Shown: piece by piece, positions 37,201-48,900 of the stretch
How the letters are laid out: every line of letters begins with the position of its first letter
How positions within the stretch are numbered: the first letter of the stretch is position 1
Assembly: GCA_043228905.1 (NCBI GenBank)
Contig: JBHGNT010000018.1
Location: 9,238,001 to 9,302,000, forward strand
DNA from: Azolla caroliniana
Taxonomy: Eukaryota; Plantae; Polypodiophyta
DNA: 64,000 nucleotides
Direction of reading: 5' to 3'
Notes under the pieces: generated by a model
What the model was told of the DNA's origin: nothing
Database searches by the model: none
The model's input: only the letters and a program-made list of their open reading frames with translations
Made by a program: the position numbers and the translations under genes

Positions 37201-39179
37201 ATAACTAGGATAATTATAGATGGCATAACACAAAGCAATGGATTCGAGAACATATGCTACTTCAGAACAACCCAAAGATGGGAGATCAGAGCAACTATAT
37301 GGAGAGCAAAATTCCATACTCCATAACGCGTCTTGAAATTGGAAGAAAGCAAATTGAGTTTGATACCTTAAAAGAGTTTACAAACACATATTGAGGGTAA
37401 AATACCTTGAAATACCTCCCTCAGGTCACAAGGGGAATTGGACGTTTACACAGAAAAACATTAAAAGAGAACTTCATCTAACTGGATCCAAGAAATACTC
37501 GAAATGGTTTGCGAAAGACGTAGCATGTTGAAGAACATCTAGATGTGCATGTAGAGGAAAAAGAAAGAAAGATATATTAACATCTTTTACGAGATCAAAA
37601 TGGCCTATTAGATGGAATGAAAGGAAAAAAAAAGAATGCAAGTTCATGTTTTACTCAGCCACATCAAAAAACTACAGAGACATCACCTATGAATTAAGAA
37701 TGCTCTTGACTCATCTACTAGACCACATAACCAAACTCATGGAAGATCCAAGTGGTGAAATGAGGAAATAACACTAATTTTTCATTTCAGCATTTACTCT
37801 TTCTTCTTGTTCTACCATTTAAAAATTTCCAATCCACACAATCAGGGAGAGTGCTCTTTATGATTTGGGTCATGTTGGTCTCCCATAGAGATTAATATGT
37901 CATCATCATCTTGGAGTTCAGGGTGATGCTCACCCATCCACAGGCTTCTCAGGCGATTCACACTCCTCGTGTTTGGCTCTTCTTATTTCGTGTTCCCTTG
38001 TATGTTAGGATGGTCACGATAACTTTTCTTTCTACTTCTTCATCTCCTATTTATCAAGCCTCTACCATCAGACCTCTCCTCTTCCTTCTAAGGCTTAAAT
38101 GCCTCCTATGATGTTCCTTTCAGTGAGGTTTCCTTAAGCCTTAATTTTTACACCATCTTCTTCTCGCATTTTGTTTCTTGTCTCCCTTTCCTTGGTCGTG
38201 TTCCTCAAACTTATATAAACAAACATGCAGACTTGTGCACAACCACGTGTAAAATATTATACACCCGTACACACACCATGCGAAAAAATACCACTAATTG
38301 GTACATAGCATGAAAACCCGGGGTCCAATCCTACAATCTATGCGTACGAAAAATACATAATAGCACACTCTTATATGTTCTTCTCAGGAGATGATACTGT
38401 GCTAGTTATATACATTATTGTTTACTTAAGGAAGCATTGATCTTTTTGCTTTCACAAAAGAAATATATGCAGTATGTACAAACGCTCATCACAACATGTA
38501 TCTTTTCAACAAGAGGAACATACCTCCGATTTCTCGTGCATTCCTTGCAAATTTTCTCCTTCTCTTGCAACCCCTGCAAGAGCTCATTGTATCTCTGGAG
38601 CCGCATCATCCCCATCCAAGCATCGCTAGTAAACATTCCTCTTTTCATCTGACCACTTTCATGTTCCTGGATGATTTGTTCATAATCCAGACTAGCACTT
38701 CCTCCTCCAATCATTTCTCCCTGATGTCCACCAGTATGTTCACCCAAACGCAGAGCCATATGTTTGTCCATACGTTCACAATTCTGAGAGCCAAAATTTT
38801 CGGGCACAAACTTAACCTCCTGAGGAGTGAGCCTTCCAAGTTCAGGAGGTGCCCTATGCACAGGTCTATTGCCAAATCTCCACCCTCTTTGCGGTTGATT
38901 CTGGAAGGAGATACAGACCTGTGGATCAGAAAGACCTCTTAGCCCTAACCTAGAGGTGGATGCAGCCGCAGCAGGGATAGCATTTAAGCCAAAGGAAACC
39001 ACCATAGCTCCAGCAATAGCTCCCACTAAACTAGCTACGCTGCGGGTTGATGGTGAATCAGATTCCTTTTCTTCATCATCATCATCATCTTCTTGGAGGA
39101 GTCCATATCTTGAAGGAGGGAAGGAATCTGCAGAGAAAGAGGTGGGGATTGAAAGCAGTGAATATACCTGGTGGTGCAT
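28268..39179 (-). CDS. ctpA: Carboxyl-terminal processing peptidase (S41A, CtpA family, PDZ), probably plastid lumen; 14 exons, ~649 aa
   Basis: Exons 39179-38524, 34175-34142, 33980-33958, 33883-33803, 33693-33546, 33288-33220, 31691-31584, 30301-30082, 29999-29944, 29858-29760, 29599-29513, 29421-29344, 29143-29058, 28472-28268; all GT-AG and in phase. Motifs LGDRYSSFL, GSPAEEAG, LDLRNNPGG, SASASE (Ser), GERTFGKG (Lys), LKLTVAKYLTP. Start codon uncertain. Confidence 0.9.
35161..36884 (+). mobile_element. Solo LTR in the largest ctpA intron, itself interrupted by a LINE fragment
   Basis: TG…CA termini, TSD GTAAG (35156-35160, 36885-36889), CCTATAAATAGG at ~36582, internal ~49-bp tandem duplication at ~36628-36725. 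Confidence 0.8.
35650..36540 (-). mobile_element. LINE ORF2 3' fragment
   Basis: QLRTSSHQLQIEVARY…EERICQLC…EEHYVCHCP is the C-terminal zinc-binding region of non-LTR retrotransposon ORF2; boundaries approximate. Confidence 0.8.
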
Positions 39180-40275
39180 AGTTGAGACTCGAGATGTACA
39201 TAATATAATGAATGAATGATAGATGAGTGAGTTAGTTCTTCACAATGAATTGACTTGGGTAGTAATGGAGGCTACCAAATAATAATATGAAAGAGGGTTG
39301 ACTGGCTTAGAAGTGAGGGAATCGCTCACCGGAGGGCGCGGGCGCGTGCGCGTGCGATCTCCACCGTCCCATGAATCTCGACTAAAAGAAACGTGCTCTC
39401 AGAAAAGCTAACAGACTCTGTCACCAGGAGCCCGACCGACTCAGAGCAACAGCTCGACTGAAAAGCAGTTATCAAGAACTTCAAATAATAAAAAGTACAA
39501 TAAAATTGTCTAAATGTGAGTAGCCTCGTGATAAGAATCATTCCTTGGAATTGATAGCTGTAGAGTTCAAATCTTTTAGCATTCATGGCAAGTACATGGC
39601 TCATTTTGCTTCTTGGTCCATTTTGGGAGTCTTTTTGGTTTTCTTCTTCTTCAACTTCTTTCTTTTTTAGGGTTTCGACATTTGGTTTTAGGGTATGTAG
39701 TCACTTTACAGTTCATTTACATTTAAGGGTCCCTAATAGTGCTATTGAATTCAGCACCTTAATTTTTCATTTCTTACATCACATGTTTGTAGTTGTAGGC
39801 ATACAAGTTACTACACCTCATGATATGCACCTGCCACTCTTAACACTAGAGAAAGCTCAAGAGTCAATACTATGCTTACAAATTACTAAAGTTTCTCATA
39901 CAAATTTAATGGAAGGGTTTCTTCATCTATTCATATGAACTAAATTGTTTTTGCATGATATATAAGGAACTAAACATGGATGGATTTGACATTGTTGGCA
40001 TCAGAGATAATCCAAATTATTCATTAGGCAAGTTGGCATTAAATATGTGAAACACACTCTCAATATTTTCTAATTACGTAGGTAGTATTGAGAAGGCCTT
40101 TAATCTTGTGCACTAGGTATTAAATCTTGTATCTAACAAAACTTTTGGCCTCTTAACACAAGTGGCAATTTGGTTACATTTCTACTAACGTGGCAAATCT
40201 GTCTTACTTGCAAGGTGTAAAATTGTCATTATCAAACACTTAACTATATGTCATTGACCGTACCTATGTACCCTA

Positions 40276-42232
40276 TGTCACAAAATGTCAATATCAAGAT
40301 TTGAACTTGTAACCTTTAAACAAGGGTTTCACTATCTAACCCATACACCAACTTACTGTAATTAACAAATATATTTTTATATTATTATTATTCAAGAATT
40401 ATGGGCACATAAACACAATAGATGACCGTCAAATCGCATCATGGATGTACGCCAAGTGGCACACAGCATGTATGCCAAATGGCAATCATACACAATCCTA
40501 TGTACACTATATAAGTGGAAGATTTGCTTAGAGTTGAACCATTCCGGTTCGAACTGTCACGACCCAAGCTTCGAAGACGATGTCGATTTGGAAGAAAAGA
40601 AAATAATAACAAACAAGAAGACAATAATTTCTATTACCGGAAACCAAGATTACAAGGTTGTTGAAGACTTTCACACTTTACGAAATGGTTTTTTTTTTTT
40701 TTTTCAAAGTAAAGCTACTTTCCCATTAGTTAGGAAGGTTTACGAAATGGTTATTCTTACAGTGGTGGATTGCTTTACAAAAATGACACTTTCTTCGATG
40801 TAGAAAGACTTTTACTAGTCAGGCAATGACAAATCTTGTTATGCAAGAATTTTTCAAGCATCATGGTCTTCCAGATGAAATTATTAGTGATCGTGGGCCA
40901 CAATTTATTGCAGAGTTTTGGATACACTTACTTAAGATCCTTACAATTTCTCGTAAACTATCTTCAAGCTACCATCCTCAAACCAATGGTCAAACAGAAT
41001 GCACGAATCAAACATTAGAATAATATCTCTGTTGCTTTATCAATTATCAACAAGATGATTAGGTGGATTTCTTACATATGGCAGAATTTGCTTACAATAA
41101 TTCAATCCATTCTTTTACGGGATTCACTCCATCTTTGCAAACACAAGATATCATCCTCGTTGGATGATGCTCGAATACCAAAAGTCTCAAACAATCCTGT
41201 TGTTAAAGATCATCTAAAACAATTGAAAGAAGTTCAAGCAAACCTTTCTGATAATTTGCTTCATGCTCAAGCTAAGTACAAGAAGGTGGCAGATAAACAT
41301 CGCTTAGATTATACACTTGAGGACTCTAAGTTTAAAGTTGGTGATCAGGTATGGTTATTATGTCGTAATGTGAAAACTACTAGACCATGTGACAAATTGG
41401 ATTTCCAACGTCTAGGTCCATTTGTAATCTCTCATCAAGTCAACGAGGTTGCATTTTGTTTGGACTTGCCTTCACATATGCGTCTTCATCCATTGTTTCA
41501 TGCTTCATTGTTAGAACCATGGACTGTCATTAACTTCTATCCCAAATCAGGTTATTCCACCACCACCTCGAGTTCAACTTGCGGAAGGACCAGAATGTGA
41601 GGTAGAAATTATTTTAGACTCCAAGGTCATCCGCAAATAAGTTATATTATCTGGTAGATTGGCTTGGATACACGCCTAAGGATCGAACATGGGAACCCGC
41701 AACGAATGTCGTTAATGCCTCTAAAGTTATACATGAGTGTCATCGTCACTATCCCCATAAACCAAAACCTAGTTCATGCATTGCGACTCATGGAACTCGT
41801 CGTCAAAGGAGGGGATGATGTCACAAAATGTCAATATCAAGATTTGAACTTGTAACCTTTAAACAAGGGTCTCACACTCTAATCAATACACCAACTTATT
41901 TTAATTAATTAATATATTTTCATATTACTATTATACAATAATTATGGGCACTAAACATAATAGATGACTGCTAAATGGCATCATGGATGTACGCCAAGTG
42001 GCACACAACATGTATGCCAAATGACGATCGTGCACAATCCTATGTACATTATATAAGTGGAAGATCTTCTTAGTGTTGAACCATTCCAATTCAACACCAG
42101 TCTTTAGCAACCTTGTAATCTTTGTTTTCAGTAATAGAATTTATTGTCTTCTTGTCCTGTTATTGTCTTCTCGTTTGTTATTATCTTCTTTTCTTCCAAA
42201 TTGACATCATCTTCGAAGCTTGGGTCGTGACA
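40276..42232 (+). mobile_element. Internally deleted Tcn1-like chromovirus J (integrase core plus chromodomain only)
   Basis: TSD CCCTA (40271-40275, 42233-42237), LTRs 40276-~40669 and 41819-42232, PPT AAAGGAGGGGATGA, HGLPDEIISDRGPQF…YHPQTNGQTE, GPF motif, chromodomain EVEIILDS…YLVDWLGY…TWEP. Confidence 0.93.
40691..40738 (-). mobile_element. 48-bp poly(A)-tailed retroposed fragment with 14-bp TSD
   Basis: TTTACGAAATGGTT at 40677-40690 and 40739-40752 flanks T14 plus 34 unique nt. Confidence 0.75.
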
Positions 42233-42599
42233 CCCTAGTATATAACTAAACATTGCAAAGTCTGATTGATGCAATTGCATTTTCTACTTTAGTTGTCAGA
42301 TTGAACATTTGTTTTTCTATCTCTTAAGATACTTCTTTTCATAATTCACAATGACATTCCAAATAAGATTGTTCTCCATCTTAGATATCCTCTAATGTGC
42401 AATATTCTTGCCAAAGATCAAGCAAGTTGAGAACTTTAAAAGATGAGAAGTTGATGTAATGGAAATTTGTAAGGTGGCGTATGCATGGATTGCTACAAAA
42501 GCACAATCAAATTTTCTATCAGAATTTGATTTATTAGCCAAGAATGCACGCGAGAATTTTAGGTGGAATGCCCTTTGTTACTGGCTTAGGATAACACGA

Positions 42600-43113
42600 T
42601 GCCAAATCCTTAGTCCCTTTGTCTTTTTCCCATTTCGTCCTTTCCCACTTGGTTGTCTGAGGCGGCCAACACATGGCACGCCTGTGGGACAGTGCCTGCA
42701 CGGTCAAACCCATAGGGTAATTTTATGCGTCATAAAAAATGTGCAGGATGCTTGGCTCCGCTCAGGCCGTGTCTGTGGGGACCATAATGGGTGTCTCGGG
42801 GGGTGTCGTGATCTGCTTTGTCAGCTCTAGCGTTGCAAGTTCGGGGAGGCCGGTTGGCTTTGTTGTGGCCGTTGTTTCGGATGTCTATGCCAACTCTATT
42901 TCGGCTTTTGTCGTTTGCTCTGGTTCCGGGCCTCCTTCCTCATGGCTGACCAGGGGATGGCTGTTGTGGGGCTCCTCTTGTGGTGTTACTTCTATCGGGG
43001 TTTCGGCGAGTTCTTGACGCACCTCTGATGGCGGGTTCGGATGTTGGCCTTTCGGTCTTTCGTGTTGCAGCGGTAGGGGGGCTATGTTGTCATTGTCTTC
43101 CGTTGTATGTTTG
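42600..43113 (-). mobile_element. Probable Gypsy gag-region remnant
   Basis: GC-richer coding-like island next to an LTR; no firm motif. Confidence 0.3.
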
Positions 43114-44318
43114 TGTGAATGTTAATGTGCGGAAGCGTCAGACAAAACCGGCTCAGCCGGATAGCAACAGAAAATGAGATGAAGGTTTAATGGAAAAGCT
43201 TAACTTAAAAGCACAAAGGAGACAGAGAGAGCAGAACATAAAACTATATTCAAAAATTAACTCTAAAACTTTGTACATACAACATGCTAAACAACACTAT
43301 TTATACAAGTCCATAAAGGACTGACAGAAGTATTGATAGGTACTTCAATGCTCACACGTGCGACTCACACTAACTACCAGACAATGATTACCTAGTAGTC
43401 TAGGCTACTACTAGGCTTCCAGTTCCCACTCAAATCCGGCTCTCCGATCTGGCTCCCCGATCCGGCCGGATGTTTCCGGATATCGATCCGGCTCATCCTT
43501 CCAGATGTTGATCCGGCTCAAGCTTATTCAGCCAATCGGATCGTGGTGTTAGTGTCTGCGGCAACCGGTTCTTCTACCCAACTCCTTCTGGCGTTGCTCC
43601 GCCTCGCTCGCTTTCCTCGTCCGGTCCGCTCTTGTTTGCCGCGACCCTTCTGGTTCTGCGCACCTCGACCTCCTCGGTCGGCTTGTCTTCTCAACATGCC
43701 CATTTCAGCTCCCTCCCTATTGCGACTCCGGTGCTTGTTGACCCGTCGGTTCCTTCGTGTTGGCGTCGACTTCCGTTGCGTTCGTGTCCGCTTGGCCTTT
43801 AGTTGATCCGGCTTCTCCGAATCTTGAACCGAATCGGTTTCCTTCGATTCGTTCCAGCTCTTGTTCGAGTCGGTGTTCTCCAACTCGTCTTCTGGTTTTA
43901 GGCCCTTCACCACACCGGACCACGTCCAGGTCTTGGCCATTTTCTTCCGGTCGGCTCTGTCCTTCTTGACTCTGCTGCCGCTATCACTTGTTCCGACCTT
44001 TTTGGATGTGCCGACTCCTTCGGTCGGCTCGGCTTCCTTTTTCCTATCGTCTCCCCCTTTGTTGGTTCTTTCTTCCTCTCTGGCTCCTTGTCTGATGCCA
44101 TCCGTTCCCTTTCCTTTTCTCCCCCTCAAGTGCGGCACGTCGAGATGCTGAACAGGTGCTGAACACTAAGCATTTTGGTGAAGTGTTGCAACTTGTCTGA
44201 TCCGAGCGGTTTGGTGAAGATATCGGCAATTTGTTGATCCGTCTGAACATACCGAAGTTCTACTTCACCGCTCAAAACCCGCTCACGCACAAAGTGATAG
44301 TGGACTTCAATGTGCTTC
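43114..44318 (-). mobile_element. 3' fragment of B/F-family Copia (element I): RNase H end, extension region, 3' LTR with deleted inner terminus
   Basis: KHIEVHYHFVRERVL at ~44270-44318; LTR 43114-~43535 resembles the B and F LTRs. Confidence 0.82.
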
Positions 44319-44337
44319 CTTCCATCTAGGACCTATT

Positions 44338-44913
44338 GCTCTGATACTCGTTTGATAGGATTTACACTCAGAGATAAACAACAGATATCCGAGAACACAA
44401 ATATAAATTAGACTACACACAATTTACGTGGAAAAATCCCAAATCATGGATAAAAACCACGGCCACTTTGGCCAACAAAATTTCACTATGATTGGAGTGT
44501 ACAGACCAAAACAGATTCCAAAGTTTACAACTCTCTAAAGAAAAGGTTCAACTATGAGAGTACGACTACAGTACGAATCTCACAACACAATGTATGGAAT
44601 GACTAAACTTGATTCGGGATATGGTGTACACTAGGTCATTGTCTGAAACCTTGATTAGGGTTTCAACCTTTTCCATCAAACAACCCTTTCTTTCTTGCCT
44701 TTACCGTTTTCCCTTTGTCTCCCTCTCTTTCTCTATTCTTCCTTGCTTCATTATCTTTCTCTGTTCTTCTCTGTTTCACTCTCACTCTCTCTTTGTATTG
44801 TGCTTCATGCTCTCTGTTCTCTCTTCTTCTCTCGCGCCCACATGTTGTTCTTCTCTCATTGTCCACACTATTCTACTTTCGCGTGTAGGTGATACTTACA
44901 TATATCCCCTAAC

Positions 44914-44985
<72 letters not shown>

Positions 44986-45035
44986 GACCATTCGGCCTCT
45001 AGGACGATTTCAACTTTTCAACCGTCTCCCCCATC
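44338..45035 (-). mobile_element. Copia LTR H (44353-~45022) flanked by a Met PBS and a PPT
   Basis: GCTCTGATAC at 44338, conserved LTR motif at ~44424-44463, CTCCCCCATCA at ~45026-45036, internal (TA)n. Confidence 0.7.
44915..44982. repeat. (TA)n microsatellite
   Basis: Direct reading. Confidence 0.95.
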
Positions 45036-45198
45036 ATTAGGGACAAACTTCCATAACAGATCCATACCAACAGCAATGGATCCGACATGCTGACAAAGAA
45101 CCTACCGATGAACAGACTCAGAGTCTGTCAACGAATGACCAACTCCATCCATAGGAGTGAAGGGGGATTTTATTAGGAATATGTCCCTCCTATGGGAA

Positions 45199-45365
45199 TA
45201 GTCGACTGGTCGGACCGAGAACCGACAATCGAAGACAAGTAGTAGCCGATTGGTCGGGCTGAGAGCCAATAGTTGAAGACAAGGAGTAGTCGATTGGTTG
45301 GACCGAGAGCCGATAGTCGAAGGCAAGGAGTAGCTGACTAGTCGAGCTGAGAGCCGACAGTTGAT
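45199..45365 (+). repeat. 44-bp tandem repeat (~4 copies) in the U3 of LTR G
   Basis: Unit TAGTCGACTGGTCGGACCGAGAACCGACAATCGAAGACAAGTAG and variants; a further partial copy at ~45437-45500. Confidence 0.88.
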
Positions 45366-45920
45366 GTCATGAAGAGTTGAATGGGTGAGTCGATTGAGAG
45401 AGTGTCAACATGAAGAGTCAACAACAAATAATCCAAGTCGAAGACAAGACTGATTAGTCGAGCCGACTGGACAGTCGACACAGGAGTTCACTAGTCGACC
45501 AATCAACTGATTAACTGCTATTTTTATTAGTATAATAATAGGAATAAAAGTAGTAGAGGCTACACTTGTAAATAGCCCATACTGTGTACAAGTATAAATA
45601 CAGTTAGGGCAAACATGGAGAGTATCTAACAGAAGATATAATAGAGTAGAACAACAGAACAATAGAGTAGAATATAACGAAGATCTTGTGTGTTTTAGAG
45701 TGTAGAGAGAGCGTGAGAGAGAGCGGCGGAAGAGTTTGCGAACCTACCAAAAACCCTGAGCGGGTTGTCCTTTGAGATCATCAAAGAAGATCTGTATTCT
45801 CTTGTATAGTGAAATCTCTATTCCCGTGGTTTTCCCTGTTTAGGGTTTCCACGTAAAACTCAATGTGTCTCTGTGCACTTTGCATTCTGTTTGTACATTT
45901 TAGTGTATCTTGTTTGTAAA

Positions 45921-48900
45921 TGAAAAGAATGGCGTGTGGAAGCAATATAGGAAACCGAACAACAGAAAATGCAGGTTTAATGGAAAGCTTAATTCAAAAA
46001 TGATACTCAATCTGTACATCGTGTGTGTTCAATGAACACTTTTATACAAGTCCTTTCCGGACTGACAGAAGTACTAGCAGTACTTCAATGCTCATTAAGG
46101 AGCCCCTACACTAACTCCCAAATATATTCCTTGCGGAATATCTTTCCGATGGCCTCCCGGTTTCTACACTGCTCCGCCCTTCCTACGCACCGGTCTGCGT
46201 ACCGGTTTCCAACCGATCTGGCCTAACCGATCGGTCCCAACCGATCCGATCCTCGGCTTGCTCAGCCGATCCGGACGATGTTGAGCTTGTCTCTCAACAC
46301 TCCCCCTCAAGCTCAACTTGAGGCTCTTCTGGATCTTCCGGATCACCTGGCTCCACACCTCGCTCACGCTCCTCGGCCTGTTCGACTCCGCGCGCTTCGA
46401 CCCTTCCGGTCAGCTTGTCTACTCTGACGGCCCTTCACAGCTCCCTTGTTGTCGCAGTGTTGGCACTTCTCCTGCTGCCTTCTTTTCCGCTTGGCCCTCA
46501 GTTGATCCAATGTATCCAAATCAAACATCTGAACCGACTCGGCTACCTCCGATCGGTTTTCGCTCTCGTCCGAGTTGGTTGCCTCCAACCCGTCTTCGGT
46601 CTACTCGCCCTTGATGGCGTCATCTCCCCCATGCTTGGTTGGCTTCGGTTCTTTCTTTCGGCTGCTCCCCTTATGTCCGCTTTTGGACTCTTCCGCGGAT
46701 CTGCCCTCGGCTTCTGCAACTGATCCGAAATCGAATTCATCATCCAACTCGGCGTCGCGGTCTTCTCTCCCCCTTCCGTCGCGGTCGTGGTCTTCTCTCC
46801 CCCTCAAGTTCGGCAAGTCGAGGTGACGCAACCCAAGCGCACCCGAGAATTGCCGCAACTTGTCCAGTCCAAGAGGCTTGGTGAAGATGTCGGCGGTCTG
46901 CCGATCCGTGGGAACATACTGAAGTTCGACTTCACCGGAGAGAACACGCTCATGGACGAAATGGTATTGCACCTCAATGTGCTTAGTCCGTGCGTGGAAA
47001 ACGGGGTTCTTCGCGAGTTGGATGCTGCTGAGGTTGTCACAGTAGATCGTCGTCAGATCAGACACCTCCTCTTGCAGGTCCTTAAGTAGCCGCTTCAACC
47101 ATATGGCTTCGCATGTCGCGACCACCGCTCCTCGGTACTCAACTTCGGTGCTCGACAATGCAACTGTCGGCTGCTTCTTACGGCTCCACGCTATCACAGC
47201 ACTCCCAAGAGAGAACGCATATCCGGACGTGGATCAGCGATCGGCAGCGTTGCCAACCCAATCAGCATCGGTGTAGCCGGCCAACTGCGAGGTTGTACCG
47301 ATCTGATATAGCAGTCCCAGGTCCTTAGTGCCGCTTATGTACTGCAGTACGCGTTGCGCACATTGAAGGTGCTCCTCGGTAGGTCGCGCCATGAACTGAT
47401 TGATCACCCCGACCGGATAACTGAGATCGGGTTGGGTGATTGTTAAGTAGATAAGGCTTCCAACAATTTGTCAGAACCTCGTTGGGTCACATACCTTTCC
47501 GGAATTGGGGCGAAGCTTGACAGTTCTATCTAGAGGAGTCGAGACAGACTTACAGTCGGCCATCCCGAATTTGAAGAGCATACTCAGCACATAATGGTGT
47601 TGGCTGATCAATATGCCTTCAAGGGTATGGATCACTTCGATCCCGAGGAAGTAATGAAGATCCGCAAGCTGGAGCGATGCCACAAGCTGGAGCTTCACAT
47701 AGTCGATTTCACCTAGGTTGGCGCCGATGATGACCAAATCATCAACATATAGTAAAATACTGACCAGACTGAGTCGACCTTCCCGGATGAACATGGAAGA
47801 GTCCGATTTTGACGTTGCAAAGCCCATCTGACGCAGTTGTTGCGTGATCTTAGCGTTCCAGGCACGCGGGGCTTGCTTCAATCCATAAAGGGACTTCTTT
47901 AATCAACACATTGCCGATGTGTTCGTTCCGGAGTGAAATCCGGGGCGTTGTACCATGTACACCTGTTCCTCAAGCTCACCTTGCAGGAACGCATTCTTTA
48001 CATCCATCTAATGTAAGTGCCACCCCTTTGCCGCAGCTACCGCGAGCAAAACACAGACGGTCGTCATCTTCGTGACCGGTGCAAACGTCTCATCGTAGTC
48101 GATGTCGTGTTTCTGCGCGTAGCCTTTTGCCACTAACCGGGCCTTGTATCGGTTGACCGAGTCGTCGGTGTTGTACTTGACCTTGTACACCCACTTACAT
48201 CTAATCGACTTCACACCCTTCGGTGCGTCAACCAGGTCCCAGGTCTAGTTTTCCGCCAATGCGTGCATCTCTTCCTCCATCGCGGCGCGCCAATTCGCGT
48301 CCTTAGCCGCTTTTGCGTAGCTCTCCGGCTCACGCACTTCCGCTACACGGGTCATGTACGCATAATGATGCGCCATGTACTCATTGTATCCGAACCACAC
48401 AACTGGGTTCTTCTGGCGAGTAGATCGGCGTAATCGGTCATTAGCCGATGTCAAGGTCTTCTCGGCCGACACGGACTTTGCTCTTGAAGACCCATCACCA
48501 CTTCCCTCGGAATCGCACTCGCGTTAGTCTGATTCATTCCTATCCATGCCGGAATCCGACACCTTCTTCTTCCCTTTCTCTGTGCGCATAAGCCATCTCC
48601 TCGGCTTCCTATGCGGGGAATGCACGACAGAGTCTCCACTACTTGCCGGTTCTTCATCGAACTGGTCGAACCGACTCAGTCGTCCATTCGGTCCACTTAA
48701 CCGAAACGAAATCGGACTCTCTTCGCAGGTCCCGATTTCAGGCTCATCCGGAGGCATCTCGGCCTCGCTGACCTCGTCGTTAGAACTCGGATTGGAGGTG
48801 AGGTTCGGAGTCGAAGGCAAGTACCAAGACGTGGACTCGTCAAACACAACGTCCTGGCTCACGCGCACTTGTTTGGTGCGCGAGTTATAACACTTATAAC

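Noticed and set aside
28268-39179. Bacterial contamination or recent horizontal transfer of ctpA
   Set aside because: Thirteen spliceosomal introns and a targeting-like N-terminus indicate a long-resident nuclear gene.
38437-39219. Plus-strand ORFs opposite ctpA exon 1, and similar antisense ORFs over retroelements and the ZGPAT-like gene
   Set aside because: Shadow frames of real coding sequence with no motifs of their own.
45199-45500. Regular 44-bp repeats as a CRISPR-like array
   Set aside because: Units are head-to-tail with no unique spacers, lie inside an LTR, and the DNA is eukaryotic.
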